A stretch of DNA of 64,000 nt from Fibrobacterota bacterium (GTDB lineage Bacteria > Fibrobacterota > Fibrobacteria > UBA11236). The position numbers and the translations under genes are program-made. A model generated the notes under the pieces. That model saw only the letters and a list, made by a program, of their open reading frames with translations, was not told where the DNA came from and searched no databases. The DNA is taken from positions 13,730 through 77,729 of the forward strand of contig JAHFCH010000004.1 of the NCBI GenBank assembly GCA_023249635.1. Reading direction: 5' to 3'. Shown here piece by piece: positions 1 through 9,427 of the stretch; position 1 is the stretch's first letter; every line of letters begins with the position of its first letter.

Positions 1-157
1 CCTCGCGTAATTGACCCAGAGGAATGGCGCGCATCGGCATATCGATGGCCGATCCCGTTTCCGGCGATGCGGCGGCGGCCCTTGCTGCCGCGCAGGCTAC
101 GCAGACGGCGGCAAATACGATGGCCCGTAAGGGCGTGGCATGGATCTGGGTACGCAT
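1..157 (-). CDS. 5' end of an exported-protein gene running off the left edge (partial)
   Basis: ATG at 157-155 (minus) opens a frame reading MRTQIHATPLRAIVFAAVCVACAAARAAAASPETG. This has a charged N-terminus, a hydrophobic core and an Ala-rich cleavage-like region. There is no stop before position 1. It is absent from the ORF track because it is open-ended. Confidence 0.35.
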   Translation of the reverse strand, partial: MRTQIHATPLRAIVFAAVCVACAAARAAAASPETGSAIDMPMRAIPLGQLRE

Positions 158-403
158 AAACGATTCGGGTATTTGAAATCTATACACTGGCAGGCGTAAC
201 CGGTACAGGCATCTCGCGCCGTTTGGGCGGATGGCGCGCCGAACCGAAAAGATTCCAAGTATCCCAATCCGGGCGACGCCCCGAAATCCGGCGAATTGGG
301 GCGTACACCTGCGGATTCCGGGAGGCAACTGCTTGACTTAACCACGATTCGCCTTACAATAAGCTTGTTTCCCCTCCGGAAGGAAGGGAAGCACCGGAGT
401 GCT

Positions 404-2002
404 ATGCGTTATCCGACCGTATCCGCTTTTTTCGCCTCGCTTTTCGCATGCGAAGCGATCGCCCTCCCGTCACAGACGGATCTTCCCACGGAAATCCGCT
501 TGCTCGTCCACGCCCGCTCCGCCGACGAGATCGAATCCGATCCCGGTAAACCTGCAGGTTACCCCGGCTTGCGCTTCCGGGCCCCGGCGCTTGCCGATTT
601 GGGCCGCCGCTTCGCCTGCAAATCCGTCGCCCGCCTTACTCCCTGGGATCATTCCGAAGGCACCTTGATCCTGCGCTTCCCCCGTACCTGGGCCGCGCGC
701 ACCTTGATTGAGGCCTATCGTGCCTCGGGCCGATTCGATGCGATTGAAGAAGACGGCATCGGCTTCGGGCACGGAGCGCCGGTACCGGCTGTCGCCATGG
801 CGGCGGCGAAGGCCGCGGACGCGACGGTCGATCCCAACGACCCTTATTTCGGTTGGCAATACGGCCTCAAGAACACGGGCACGCGCACCTTCGAATCCAC
901 CAAGGGGAAGAGCGGCGCCGACATAAAGGCGGTAGAGGCCTGGGCCATCCAACCGGGCAGCGAAGCGATCCTGGTGGCGGTGCTCGATTGCGGCCTCAAC
1001 CTCAATCATCCCGACATCGGATCCCGCGTCTGGACGAATCCGAAGGAGATCGCCGGCAACGGCAAGGACGACGACGGCAACGGATACGTAGACGATGTAC
1101 ACGGGTGGTCCTTCGCCAATGATCCCCAGATCGAATCCCAGCCGGGGACGGCCGACGTTTCCGACGGCTTCGGGCATGGTACCAACGTAGCGGGCATCAT
1201 CGGCGCCATCGGCGACAACGGCATGGGCGTTTCCGGGGTGGCGCGCTGCACCATCATGCCGGTGAAAGTATTGAACGCCCACAATTGGGGCTATTACAGC
1301 TGGTGGGCCGCGGGCCTGCGCTACGCCGTGGACCAGGGCGCGCGGATCGTGAACATGTCCATGGGCGGCCCCGACGGGAATACCGCCGCCTTGAAATCGG
1401 CGGTAACCTACGCGCTACAGCACGGGGTGACCATCACGGTTTCCATGGGCAATGAACGCGTGTCCACGCCCATGTACCCGGCCGCCTTCGATGGCATCAT
1501 CGCGGTGGGCGCCACCGGGCCCGATGACGATTGGGTGCATTCCTTCCCCTGGGATACCACCAAGGGCAGCAATTCGGGACCGCATATTTCGGTCTCGGCG
1601 CCGGGGAATTTCATCTACGGGCTCGACTACGCGAGCACGACGAATTACCAGGGATATTGGTCAGGCACTTCCCAGGCCGCCCCCCACGTGGCCGGGGTTT
1701 GCGCCCTACTGCTGGCGCAGGATCCCACCCGCACGCCCGCCGATCTCAAGCGCCTGATCGAAGCCGGGGCGGACGATCAGGTAGGCAACGCGAATCTGGA
1801 CAAGCCGGGATTCGACGCCTATTTCGGCCACGGCCGCCTGAACGCCAAGCGCAGCCTGGCGGCGGGCGTGACGTCGATCCTCAAGCCCTTGCCGCATGCG
1901 GATGGGGGATGGGGAAGGCTCCCATCCGGCATCGATTTCCTGGGGAGGTTGCTCCCGGCAGCCTCATTCCGCCGCGGAGCCCGCGGCATGATCGGTCCGT
2001 AA
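404..2002 (+). CDS. Secreted subtilisin-like (S8) serine protease
   Basis: Track ORF 296-2002. I prefer the internal ATG at 404, which gives the signal peptide MRYPTVSAFFASLFACEAIALPS. Subtilase triad motifs are present: D in VAVLDCGLNLNHPD, H in HGTNVAGIIGA, S in GTSQAAPHVAGV. Confidence 0.85.
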   Translation: MRYPTVSAFFASLFACEAIALPSQTDLPTEIRLLVHARSADEIESDPGKPAGYPGLRFRAPALADLGRRFACKSVARLTPWDHSEGTLILRFPRTWAARTLIEAYRASGRFDAIEEDGIGFGHGAPVPAVAMAAAKAADATVDPNDPYFGWQYGLKNTGTRTFESTKGKSGADIKAVEAWAIQPGSEAILVAVLDCGLNLNHPDIGSRVWTNPKEIAGNGKDDDGNGYVDDVHGWSFANDPQIESQPGTADVSDGFGHGTNVAGIIGAIGDNGMGVSGVARCTIMPVKVLNAHNWGYYSWWAAGLRYAVDQGARIVNMSMGGPDGNTAALKSAVTYALQHGVTITVSMGNERVSTPMYPAAFDGIIAVGATGPDDDWVHSFPWDTTKGSNSGPHISVSAPGNFIYGLDYASTTNYQGYWSGTSQAAPHVAGVCALLLAQDPTRTPADLKRLIEAGADDQVGNANLDKPGFDAYFGHGRLNAKRSLAAGVTSILKPLPHADGGWGRLPSGIDFLGRLLPAASFRRGARGMIGP

Positions 2003-2687
2003 CGGGGCCGTACCCCCTGCGTCCCGGCTCCCGGTATTCCTCCAGAGCCGCCTTGTTGAGCACTTGCAACTCGGTGCGCCGGTTCAAGGTCCGGCCTTCG
2101 GCCGTGCGGTTATCCGCTTTCGGGCTCGACTCCCCGAACCCTTTCGCCGACAACCTGCCGGCCAATTCCTGCGCCTCGGTCGTAAGGAAGGACGTCACCG
2201 CCGCCGCGCGGCCCTGGCTCAGGTTCTGGTTATAGGCGTCGTTCCCGACGTTGTCGGTATGCCCGTCGATCTCGATCTGCAGCTTGGGGTATTTCGTCAG
2301 CATGCGCGCGAGCATGGAAAGGTACGGTTTTGAATTGATGGAGATTTCCGTGCGGCCGGTCTCGAAATAGACCGCATCTAGCACTAGCAGACCCGTGGTC
2401 AGCAATTGCGTTTCCATCGCGCTACGCTTTGATTGCTCTTCCTTCAGGCGCCTTTGCGCATCGGTCAGGGCCAAGGAATCCTGCTTCGCCTTGTCTGCGC
2501 GGGCGAGGGAATCCTGCCTGGCCTTCTGCATCAGGGCGGCGGTATCGGGGCCCGGGGCCGCGGCGGGGCCGGGATTCTGAACCTTGATGTTCACTTGCGA
2601 TGCGGCATGCAGCGGAGCCGATGCGAAGGCCATCAGGCCGCCGAAGGCCAGGGCGAAATATCCGGGAATCGTTTTTCGGATGTTCAT
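1881..2687 (-). CDS. OmpA-family protein (signal peptide, coiled-coil region, C-terminal OmpA/peptidoglycan-binding domain)
   Basis: Track ORF 1881-2807. The internal ATG at 2687 gives MNIRKTIPGYFALAFGGLMAFASAPLHAAS. The C-terminal region has TGRTEI...IDGHTDNVGNDAYNQNLSQGRAAAV...NRRTELQV, the classic OmpA_C signature. Confidence 0.8.
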   Translation of the reverse strand: MNIRKTIPGYFALAFGGLMAFASAPLHAASQVNIKVQNPGPAAAPGPDTAALMQKARQDSLARADKAKQDSLALTDAQRRLKEEQSKRSAMETQLLTTGLLVLDAVYFETGRTEISINSKPYLSMLARMLTKYPKLQIEIDGHTDNVGNDAYNQNLSQGRAAAVTSFLTTEAQELAGRLSAKGFGESSPKADNRTAEGRTLNRRTELQVLNKAALEEYREPGRRGYGPVTDRSCRGLRGGMRLPGATSPGNRCRMGAFPIPHPHAARA

Positions 2688-2840
2688 GTTCACCTCGAAC
2701 GTTGGAATTAAGGCATTAGGCGCCCATGGCGCGATGCGCCTATAGCTCCAACTACTTTTCGCGGAGGGCATGCGCAACCGGCGCAGGCGTAAAACGCTTC
2801 GACGCAAAAAAAAGGGGGAGTGCCGTGCGCAGGCGGCATG

Positions 2841-3857
2841 TCAGTTCCGCCCCGCCATTTCCTCCGCGGCCTGGGGCTCGGGAGGCGGCACCACAACCAC
2901 GGTCGCCTGCTCCCAGGCTACCCCCTTGGTCGTGAAGGCCTTGAGGAAAACGACCTGGGATCCTTCGGAGGCGAAAGTGTACTGCCGCTGTGAGTTGCGC
3001 CGGACCAGCAGGGAATCTTGACCGATACGCACTTCCACGCGTACCACGGGATCGGCCAGGTTGGAAAAGGCGTACGTGTCGTCGAGCATGAACAGCACCT
3101 TGGCCGAGGTGAGGACGGAATCGGGAAATCCGACGGCGCGGAATTCTGCCGCAGTGAGGGCGGTCTGCCCAGGCCGGCGGAAATGGTACTTCACCCGCGC
3201 GGCCAGGATGGGCAGGCCGCCGGTGAAAGGGCTGGCGTCGACCTTGGCCGCGGCGCGCAAGGCAGGGACCTTGGGCAGACATTGGGCGCCGCCGTCGGCG
3301 GTCGCGAGGCGCAGTTGGGCGCGCTCGAGCTCGCCGGCGGTGCGATACGGGATGAAATCCGATCCGGCCGCGTAGTCGTTCTCGGCCGCTTCCAGGGTGG
3401 TTTCCAGCACCGGACCCATGCCGGGGGCCCCGGCTTTCCCCACGAAGATCACGCGCAAGGAATCCAACGGTTTGCCGAAGGCGGGTTCGCAAAAGCGCAT
3501 CTCCATCGGCCCGGAGAGATCGAAAGGCAAGCGCCAATCGGCGCGGAGACGGCCGTATGCGGTAGGGTCGGGCTTACGCAACAGGCGCCAGTGAGCGCCC
3601 GGCCGGCGTATCTGGACCATGGGCCGCAGCGAATCGCCGGCCTCCCAGAAGGCGGAAAGCCGTTCCCCGGCCACGAGGCCGGCGCCGGGAGGGAGTTCCT
3701 TGAGCGGGATGGCACGGAACACGGGAGCCGCGGTTTCGGCGCCGGCCTCGATGGCATTTACGCGGCACGGTACGGCGGCGGCGAGGACGGTCGCGCAAAG
3801 CGCGCCTATGCGCGCGCGCAACCGGATCGATACGGGTCGGGAAAACGGGGAACGCAC
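2841..3857 (-). CDS. Hypothetical exported protein
   Basis: 338-aa ORF with a GTG start and a signal-like N-terminus (RIGALCATVLAAAVPCRVNAIEAG). I recognise no family motif. The other frames here look like GC-driven shadow ORFs. Confidence 0.5.
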   Translation of the reverse strand: MRSPFSRPVSIRLRARIGALCATVLAAAVPCRVNAIEAGAETAAPVFRAIPLKELPPGAGLVAGERLSAFWEAGDSLRPMVQIRRPGAHWRLLRKPDPTAYGRLRADWRLPFDLSGPMEMRFCEPAFGKPLDSLRVIFVGKAGAPGMGPVLETTLEAAENDYAAGSDFIPYRTAGELERAQLRLATADGGAQCLPKVPALRAAAKVDASPFTGGLPILAARVKYHFRRPGQTALTAAEFRAVGFPDSVLTSAKVLFMLDDTYAFSNLADPVVRVEVRIGQDSLLVRRNSQRQYTFASEGSQVVFLKAFTTKGVAWEQATVVVVPPPEPQAAEEMAGRN

Positions 3858-4206
3858 GGTATCGAAAATCTACTCAAGCCCGAAGCGAATCCGTCCGTCC
3901 CGGGGAATCCCGGAAGCTCCAAATTCCTGCATCCATCCAAGCATCGCTACGGGAACGCCGGCTGGAAACACCATAAGTTCACCCGGCCCCCAACCCCGGC
4001 CGGGGTTTAAGTGAATTCGAGACTCGGCACAGCCCTCTGCTTGGCCGCCGGAGGGACCGTCCGTATCGCCGGGTACTGGCTCGTGCGGGGAAGCGGGTTG
4101 GTCTTTGATGTTTTAATCCTGAAGCAAATCATCGAAATCGCAACGAGACGCACCCAGGAAGGATTGACCTGAAACAAGGCTCAAAAGGGCCGCCCCTTGC
4201 ATTTTA

Positions 4207-4222
4207 ATCGTAGCTTTACGAT
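4207..4222 (+). promoter_or_regulatory. Putative ArsR operator (palindrome ATCGTA-GCTT-TACGAT) inside a candidate aqpS promoter
   Basis: The perfect 6+6 inverted repeat ATCGTAGCTTTACGAT lies in the 17-nt spacer between TTGCAT (4197-4202) and GATATA (4220-4225). The aqpS start codons (GTG 4230, ATG 4236) follow within about 5-11 nt. It is one of five ATCG-N8-CGAT sites in the island. Confidence 0.55.
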
Positions 4223-4229
4223 ATAGAAG

Positions 4230-4970
4230 GTGCAGATGCCAAAGCCACAGCCACCCACAGAATTTGCCCGGGAATGGGTCTCCGAAGCCTTAGGGACGTC
4301 CCTTTTGCTAACCGCCGTGATCGGATCGGGCATTATGGGAGAGAGGCTTTCCGGCGGGAATGCCGCAATCGCGCTTTTGGCCAACTCTCTGACTACAGGC
4401 GCTGTACTGGTCTCCCTCATCCTCACCTTCGGCCCGATCTCGGGAGCACACTTCAACCCAGCAGTCACAATTTGTGATGCCTTCCTGGGGGGAATCCCCT
4501 GGAAGAAGACTCCGCTCTATATCTCAGCCCAAATCATAGGCGCCTTCCTGGGAGTAGGCGTAGCTAACAAGATGTTCAACCTTCCGTTCTTCTTCACATC
4601 CCAGCACATTCGCCAGGGCCACAATCAAGTCTTCAGCGAGTTCGTCGCCACCTTTGGGTTGATGGCCGTCATTTGGGGCTGCTCCCGGCGCAGGGCCGCA
4701 TCCGTTCCCGCAGCCGTCGCGGCATACATAACGGCGGCTTACTGGTTTACCTCCTCTACCTCCTTCGCCAATCCCGCGGTTACTTTGGCGCGGACAGTCA
4801 GCGATACCTTTGCCGGGATTCGTCCCGCCGATGTGACCGGATTCATCCTGGCTCAGTTGGCCGGGGCAATGGTTGCGGCAGTGCTTTTTAGATGGCTCGT
4901 TCCGCCTTTGCCGCCGATCCATGATCCCGCCCAGAATTCAACAACCTCAGGCCGGCAACACCTACCATAA
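4230..4970 (+). CDS. aqpS: MIP-family aquaglyceroporin, AqpS-type arsenite channel
   Basis: Two NPA boxes are present (HFNPAVT and ANPAVTLAR), with six hydrophobic segments. arsC follows 10 nt downstream. The start is GTG 4230 or ATG 4236. Confidence 0.85.
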   Translation: MQMPKPQPPTEFAREWVSEALGTSLLLTAVIGSGIMGERLSGGNAAIALLANSLTTGAVLVSLILTFGPISGAHFNPAVTICDAFLGGIPWKKTPLYISAQIIGAFLGVGVANKMFNLPFFFTSQHIRQGHNQVFSEFVATFGLMAVIWGCSRRRAASVPAAVAAYITAAYWFTSSTSFANPAVTLARTVSDTFAGIRPADVTGFILAQLAGAMVAAVLFRWLVPPLPPIHDPAQNSTTSGRQHLP

Positions 4971-4980
4971 AAGGGCAATC

Positions 4981-5379
4981 ATGTTGGACATCAAGAAAAA
5001 ACTCCTGTTCGTGTGCATTGAAAACTCCAACCGCAGCCAGATGTCACAAGCTTTCGCGAAAATCTTGGGTGGGGAAACCGTTGAAGCTTACAGCGCTGGC
5101 TCTCGCCCTTCAGGCATCGTAAACCCTAAAGCTATCGCTTCGATGCAGGAACTCGGCTATGACTTGTCGAAGCATGATTCAAAATCGCTTTCCGACATTC
5201 CCGATGTGGAATACGACGCTGTAGTCACCATGGGATGCGGTGACGCCTGCCCTCACGTACGCGCAAAGAACCGGGTTGATTGGCAAATTCCGGATCCGAA
5301 GCACATGCCTCCGGATGAATTTCGGCGAGTACGCGACTTAATCAAATCCAAAATCAGCGAACTGCTGAATGTGATTTAA
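4981..5379 (+). CDS. arsC: Arsenate reductase, low-molecular-weight phosphatase (LMW-PTP) type
   Basis: Internal ATG of track ORF 4873-5379. The CX5R P-loop is in LLFVCIENSNRSQMSQAF. A downstream Cys pair sits in VTMGCGDACP. The layout matches thioredoxin-coupled ArsC as I recall it. Confidence 0.9.
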   Translation: MLDIKKKLLFVCIENSNRSQMSQAFAKILGGETVEAYSAGSRPSGIVNPKAIASMQELGYDLSKHDSKSLSDIPDVEYDAVVTMGCGDACPHVRAKNRVDWQIPDPKHMPPDEFRRVRDLIKSKISELLNVI

Positions 5380-5384
5380 CCGAC

Positions 5385-5720
5385 TTAACAACAATTCTTC
5401 TCGTGGTTTTTTTTCATTTCCCCGAAGATGCCGGAGAAGGTTTCCCACACATCTTTTAAGGCATCCCAGTCGATACAGTAGCAGGAATTCAGTCCGCTCA
5501 CTTCACCGGTGATGATGCCGGCCTGGCGTAAGTCTTTCAAGTGTTGGGAAACCGTGGATTGCGCCAGCGGAAGCACCTCTACGATTTCCCCGCAGACACA
5601 GGTGCCTTTTTTGGCCAAAATCCGGAGAATCGCCACCCGGGCGGGATGAGATAAAGCTTTGGCAAACTCCGCAACCTTGCGGTCTTTACTGCCGAATTCG
5701 GTCTTCTTACTAAATGCCAT
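5385..5720 (-). CDS. arsR: ArsR/SmtB-family repressor (CVC type with C-terminal CC)
   Basis: LSHPARVAILRIL and LAQSTVSQHLKDL form the winged helix-turn-helix (HTH). CVCGE lies in helix 3. CYC and a terminal NCC are also present. Confidence 0.9.
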   Translation of the reverse strand: MAFSKKTEFGSKDRKVAEFAKALSHPARVAILRILAKKGTCVCGEIVEVLPLAQSTVSQHLKDLRQAGIITGEVSGLNSCYCIDWDALKDVWETFSGIFGEMKKNHEKNCC

Positions 5721-5744
5721 GGTGACAATATTGAAAGGGGTGGC

Positions 5745-6554
5745 CTACGCGTCAATACGCATAGTCGGTTTCACACCGGACACGGTTATGCTTTTTATCG
5801 AGAATTGACCTATCGAGATGCCCGCCCCTTGCGGCAACTTCCCTTCAACCAGACCTTGAGGGAGTCGAATTTCAGTCTCCTTGACCACGAGAACATCCGT
5901 GAAACCGCTCTTCCGTATTGTTTCCAGGTAGCGGGATTTTTCCTCCGCTCCAGCGATGCAGCCGACATAAAGTTCAGCTACCGTTCTCAGAGCCGCCGGA
6001 AATTCCCCTTCCAAGACGACATCCGAAATACTGAAATGTCCTCCCGGTTTGAGGATTCTTTGGATTTCGCGATAGGCTTTCTGTTTATCGGGCACGAGAT
6101 TCAGGACGCAATTGCTGATGACCACATCCACCGAATCCGTTTCGACCGGGATAGCTTCGATCTCCCCGAGGCGGAAATCCACATTCCGGTATCCCAGCTT
6201 GCGGTTGTTGACATTAGCCTTGGAGATCATGGCTTCCGTCATATCGATTCCAATAACCCGACCCGCATCCCCGACAATGGCCCTGGCGACGAAAGCATCA
6301 TTCCCCGCACCTGACCCCAGATCCACGACGGTATCGCCGGACTTGATTCCCGCAAGATCCGTCGGGAGCCCGCAACCGAGACCAAGATCGGCATCCGATA
6401 CGTAGCCTTCGACCTTAGAATAGTCCGCGCTGAAGGATTCAACTTCAGGGATACCGCACCCGCCGCCACCGCAACACCCGAATCCATTGGGCTGATTGGC
6501 GATTTCGGCGTACCGTCTACGAACCGCTTCTTTGATTGATTCGTTGTTTTCCAT
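5745..6554 (-). CDS. arsM: Arsenite S-adenosylmethionine methyltransferase
   Basis: The N-terminal segment YAEIANQPNGFGCCGGGGCG is followed by LGLGCGLP and the SAM motif VVDLGSGAGNDAF. SNCVLNLVPDK and YVGCIAGA are also present, so all four canonical ArsM cysteine positions are there. Confidence 0.9.
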   Translation of the reverse strand: MENNESIKEAVRRRYAEIANQPNGFGCCGGGGCGIPEVESFSADYSKVEGYVSDADLGLGCGLPTDLAGIKSGDTVVDLGSGAGNDAFVARAIVGDAGRVIGIDMTEAMISKANVNNRKLGYRNVDFRLGEIEAIPVETDSVDVVISNCVLNLVPDKQKAYREIQRILKPGGHFSISDVVLEGEFPAALRTVAELYVGCIAGAEEKSRYLETIRKSGFTDVLVVKETEIRLPQGLVEGKLPQGAGISIGQFSIKSITVSGVKPTMRIDA

Positions 6555-6574
6555 TTCGAACCTCCAGAGGATGT

Positions 6575-6913
6575 CTACTTACAGCAGTCCATGCCTTCAC
6601 GATTTTCAAGTTCCAGAAAAACATCGAGGATCGCCTTGTGGGATTTTTTGATGGCGGCCCAGTTAATGCAATAGCAACAATTGAGGCCGTCCAATTCGCC
6701 GGAAATTAATCCGGCATCCAGTAGCTCTTTCAAGTGATTGGAGATGGTTGACTGGGCGAGCGGGAGAATCGCCACGATTTCACCGCATACGCAAACACCG
6801 CGCTTGGCGATGGTCTTCAGAATGGCAATACGGGCGGGGTGGGATAAAACCTTGGCGACCTCCGCGGCCTTCTGATCTTTCTTACTAAACTCCGCTTTTT
6901 TATTAAAGGCCAT
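6575..6913 (-). CDS. arsR: ArsR/SmtB-family repressor (CVC type with C-terminal CC), probably leaderless
   Basis: Track ORF 6575-6919. I start at the second ATG (6913, MAFNKK...), which parallels MAFSKK, MALSKK and MAQSKK of the paralogues. That ATG is exactly 7 nt after the -10 hexamer. Motifs: LSHPARIAIL, CVCGE, CCYC, terminal DCCK. Confidence 0.9.
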   Translation of the reverse strand: MAFNKKAEFSKKDQKAAEVAKVLSHPARIAILKTIAKRGVCVCGEIVAILPLAQSTISNHLKELLDAGLISGELDGLNCCYCINWAAIKKSHKAILDVFLELENREGMDCCK

Positions 6914-6919
6914 GACCAT

Positions 6920-6948
6920 ATAATCGTAAATCTACGATTCACTGTCAA
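6920..6948 (-). promoter_or_regulatory. Promoter of arsR-arsM-arsR with embedded ArsR operator
   Basis: The minus strand reads TTGACA (6948-6943), a 17-nt spacer, then GATTAT (6925-6920). The spacer holds the palindrome ATCGTAGATTTACGAT (6938-6923). Confidence 0.6.
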
Positions 6949-7062
6949 TTGGTAACTATGATTCGGTTGATAGCGGATACAGGTATATCGGTTTTTGGCA
7001 TTAATTTCAAAGCCAAAATCCCCAAGGGACGTAAAAAATGGCCCAAGAATGGTTACGAACTG

Positions 7063-7689
7063 CTATGGAAAAATACTTTGAAAGGAAGGTTGCAGCCCTT
7101 TTGATTCGAGTAGGGGCAACGCCAAATCAACCCGTTCTCCATTCAATTTAACGATGCGGGCAGGAGTCCCGGCCACGGTACTGTTTGGCGGGACATTGCG
7201 CATGAATATGAAGGAGTTGGCCCCGATAAAGGAATTCGATCCGACATGGATGGGACCAAGGAGAACGCTATTTGTTCCAACATAGACGCGGTCGGCCAAT
7301 GTCGGGTGCCTTTTTTCCCGATGTTTACCCGTCCCGCCTAGGGTTACGTTATGAAAGAGGGTGCATTGATTCCCGATTACCGCGGTTTCTCCAATCACGA
7401 CTCCGGTTCCATGGTCGATGAAAAAATCCAGACCAATCTGTGCACCCGGATGGATTTCCACTCCGGACCAGAAACGGGCCAATACGGACAAAAGCCTCGG
7501 AATCAAGGGGACGCCGGACCGGAAAAGGCTATGGCTAATCCGATACAGTAAAATCGCATGGAGCGGGGTATGGCATAAAAGGGTTTCCAAACCGTTTTTC
7601 GACGCAGGATCATTCCTGCGAACCGCTGCGTAGTCTCGATAAAGGGTTCTGAACAAACCTGGTTTTGGAAACTTCGCGCCCGAACTCAT
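7063..7689 (-). CDS. cysE: Serine O-acetyltransferase (short CysE type, hexapeptide-repeat)
   Basis: The internal ATG at 7689 overlaps the pstB stop as ATGA (7689-7686). The segment GVEIHPGAQIGLDFFIDHGTGVVIGETAVIGNQCTLFHNVTLGG...RHPTLADRVYVGTNSVLLGPIHVG is the CysE left-handed beta-helix signature. Confidence 0.85.
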   Translation of the reverse strand: MSSGAKFPKPGLFRTLYRDYAAVRRNDPASKNGLETLLCHTPLHAILLYRISHSLFRSGVPLIPRLLSVLARFWSGVEIHPGAQIGLDFFIDHGTGVVIGETAVIGNQCTLFHNVTLGGTGKHREKRHPTLADRVYVGTNSVLLGPIHVGSNSFIGANSFIFMRNVPPNSTVAGTPARIVKLNGERVDLALPLLESKGLQPSFQSIFP

Positions 7690-8507
7690 CCCTTCATTCC
7701 TTTTACATAGGCGGCCGTCAATTCTTCCCTGGGACTTCCAAAAACCTGATCGGCTGGTCCGCATTCGACCAGGCATCCGCAATCATCTTTGACCCAGAAT
7801 AGGGCCGCATGCGTGGCGATACGCCTGGCTTGGGATAAATTATGCGTAACAACCACAAGGGTATATCGCGCTTGAAGCTTAAGTATGAGCTCCTCCACCT
7901 TTCCCGAGGAGATGGGATCGAGCGCGCTACAAGGTTCATCCATGAGCAGGATTTCCGGCTCCAATGCCAGGGCCCTAGCGATGCACAGCCGCTGCTGCTG
8001 CCCTCCGGAGAGCGTTAATGCGGAGGTATCCAGGCGGTCTTTCACCTCATCCCAGAGGCCCACGTCCACCAATACTTGCACTAGCCTAGCCTCCAACTCG
8101 CGTTTTGAGGTAATCCCATGTTCCCTAAGGGGAAAAGTGATGTTTTTGCGTATGGACATGGGGAATGGATTTGGCTTCTGGAAAATCATTCCCACGCGTT
8201 TATGCAGTACGGTTCTATCGATGCTTCCTTCGAGAAGACTTTCCCCGTCCAAGTGAATCGATCCTTCCACTTCGCAGCACGGGATAAAATCCGAGAGCCG
8301 ATTCAATGCGGAGAGGAAACTCGACTTGCCGCAGCCGGAGGGTCCCATAATCACGGTAACCGAGTTGCGGTCCAAATTCAGGGAGATGTCCCGGAACGCG
8401 GCCTTCTTTCCGTAGAAGAGGGATAGGTTGGTCGTCTTGATACAGCAAGGAATCGTTACCGGAGGAGCATCCTTAGGTAAGTGGAGGGAATTCCGGGTAA
8501 TGTCCAT
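7686..8507 (-). CDS. pstB: Phosphate ABC transporter ATP-binding protein
   Basis: Walker A is GPSGCGKSS, the ABC signature is LSGGQQQRLCIARALA and Walker B is ILLMDEP. It lies downstream of pstSCA. Confidence 0.9.
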   Translation of the reverse strand: MDITRNSLHLPKDAPPVTIPCCIKTTNLSLFYGKKAAFRDISLNLDRNSVTVIMGPSGCGKSSFLSALNRLSDFIPCCEVEGSIHLDGESLLEGSIDRTVLHKRVGMIFQKPNPFPMSIRKNITFPLREHGITSKRELEARLVQVLVDVGLWDEVKDRLDTSALTLSGGQQQRLCIARALALEPEILLMDEPCSALDPISSGKVEELILKLQARYTLVVVTHNLSQARRIATHAALFWVKDDCGCLVECGPADQVFGSPREELTAAYVKGMKG

Positions 8508-8533
8508 TCAGCAACCTCACGGGAAAAGCGGAT

Positions 8534-9427
8534 TCAAGAAATCGAGATCATCCTTCTTGACCATGCCCTACCGATGAGCCCGGTAATGAAGTTGATCAAG
8601 ATCAGAGAGACAATCAAAACCAGCGCTGCGCTATACGCCCTCTGGTCACCGCCCGCCACGTTCATGGACAAGTCGTAGATATGGACAGATAACGATCGTC
8701 CTGAATCATAAAGGGATTCGGGCATTCTATCCACGTATCCGCTTGTGAAGATCAACGCCGCGGTTTCCGAAAGCGATCGGCCAACCGAGAGGATAATGGC
8801 GCCAAGTATGCCGGGCACCGCTACCGGAAGGATCAAGCGCATGATTTGCGTCGACTTGGACAAACCCAATGCCACCGCCCCCATCCGGTAGGATTGCGGA
8901 ACCGAGCGAATGCTCTCCTCGGCGATGCGGATAAAATAGGGCAGGACCATGCACGCCAAGGTAAGGCCTCCGGACAGAATGGAAAACCCCATCCCCAGCA
9001 TTTTGCAGAAGAAGGCATTTCCGAATAGCCCGAAGACGATGGAAGGGGTCCCAGCCAATACGTTCAAACTCAAGCGGATTTTCCGGGAAACCGTGTCTTC
9101 AGGTCCGGTATATTCCGCCAGAAATATCGCCGTGCCCAATCCGATGGGTAACGCGGACACGAGGCATACGATCAAAATGAGGCCGGTGGAAACCAGAATG
9201 CTGGAAATGCCGCCCAGACGTCCCGCGCTTTCCGGTTCCTGCGTGAAATACGCGAGACTTATTTCACGCCAACCATGCCAGAGGATGTCGGCCATGAGCC
9301 AGGCAAAAAGCGCCGCGACGAATATGGCACCACCCCAGATCACGGCGGCGGCAATCCTATTCTGCAGCCGCGCCCTGCTTGCTCGGATGCGGGATGTACG
9401 GGTCAATACTTGCCGGGAAACCATCAT
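8534..9427 (-). CDS. pstA: Phosphate ABC transporter permease PstA
   Basis: Polytopic permease with an EAA-like loop (GRSLSETAALIFTSG). Its position and 4-nt overlap with pstC fit the pst operon. Confidence 0.85.
   Translation of the reverse strand: MMVSRQVLTRTSRIRASRARLQNRIAAAVIWGGAIFVAALFAWLMADILWHGWREISLAYFTQEPESAGRLGGISSILVSTGLILIVCLVSALPIGLGTAIFLAEYTGPEDTVSRKIRLSLNVLAGTPSIVFGLFGNAFFCKMLGMGFSILSGGLTLACMVLPYFIRIAEESIRSVPQSYRMGAVALGLSKSTQIMRLILPVAVPGILGAIILSVGRSLSETAALIFTSGYVDRMPESLYDSGRSLSVHIYDLSMNVAGGDQRAYSAALVLIVSLILINFITGLIGRAWSRRMISIS

Noticed and set aside
97-345. 82-aa minus-strand ORF
   Set aside because: It is Pro/Ser/Gly-rich with no start context. A different minus frame starting at 157 gives a clean signal peptide.
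3858-4229. Mobile-element remnants, tRNA or att sites at the island borders (also 26726-26913)
   Set aside because: I found no integrase or transposase ORF, no tRNA-like cloverleaf sequence, and no direct repeat shared by the two borders on visual comparison. A computational search is still needed.
6993-7018. TTTTGGC...GCCAAAA inverted repeat as terminator of the pst-cysE operon
   Set aside because: The stem is only 7 bp and AU-rich, with a 12-nt loop and no downstream U-tract on the transcribed strand. It is too weak to call.
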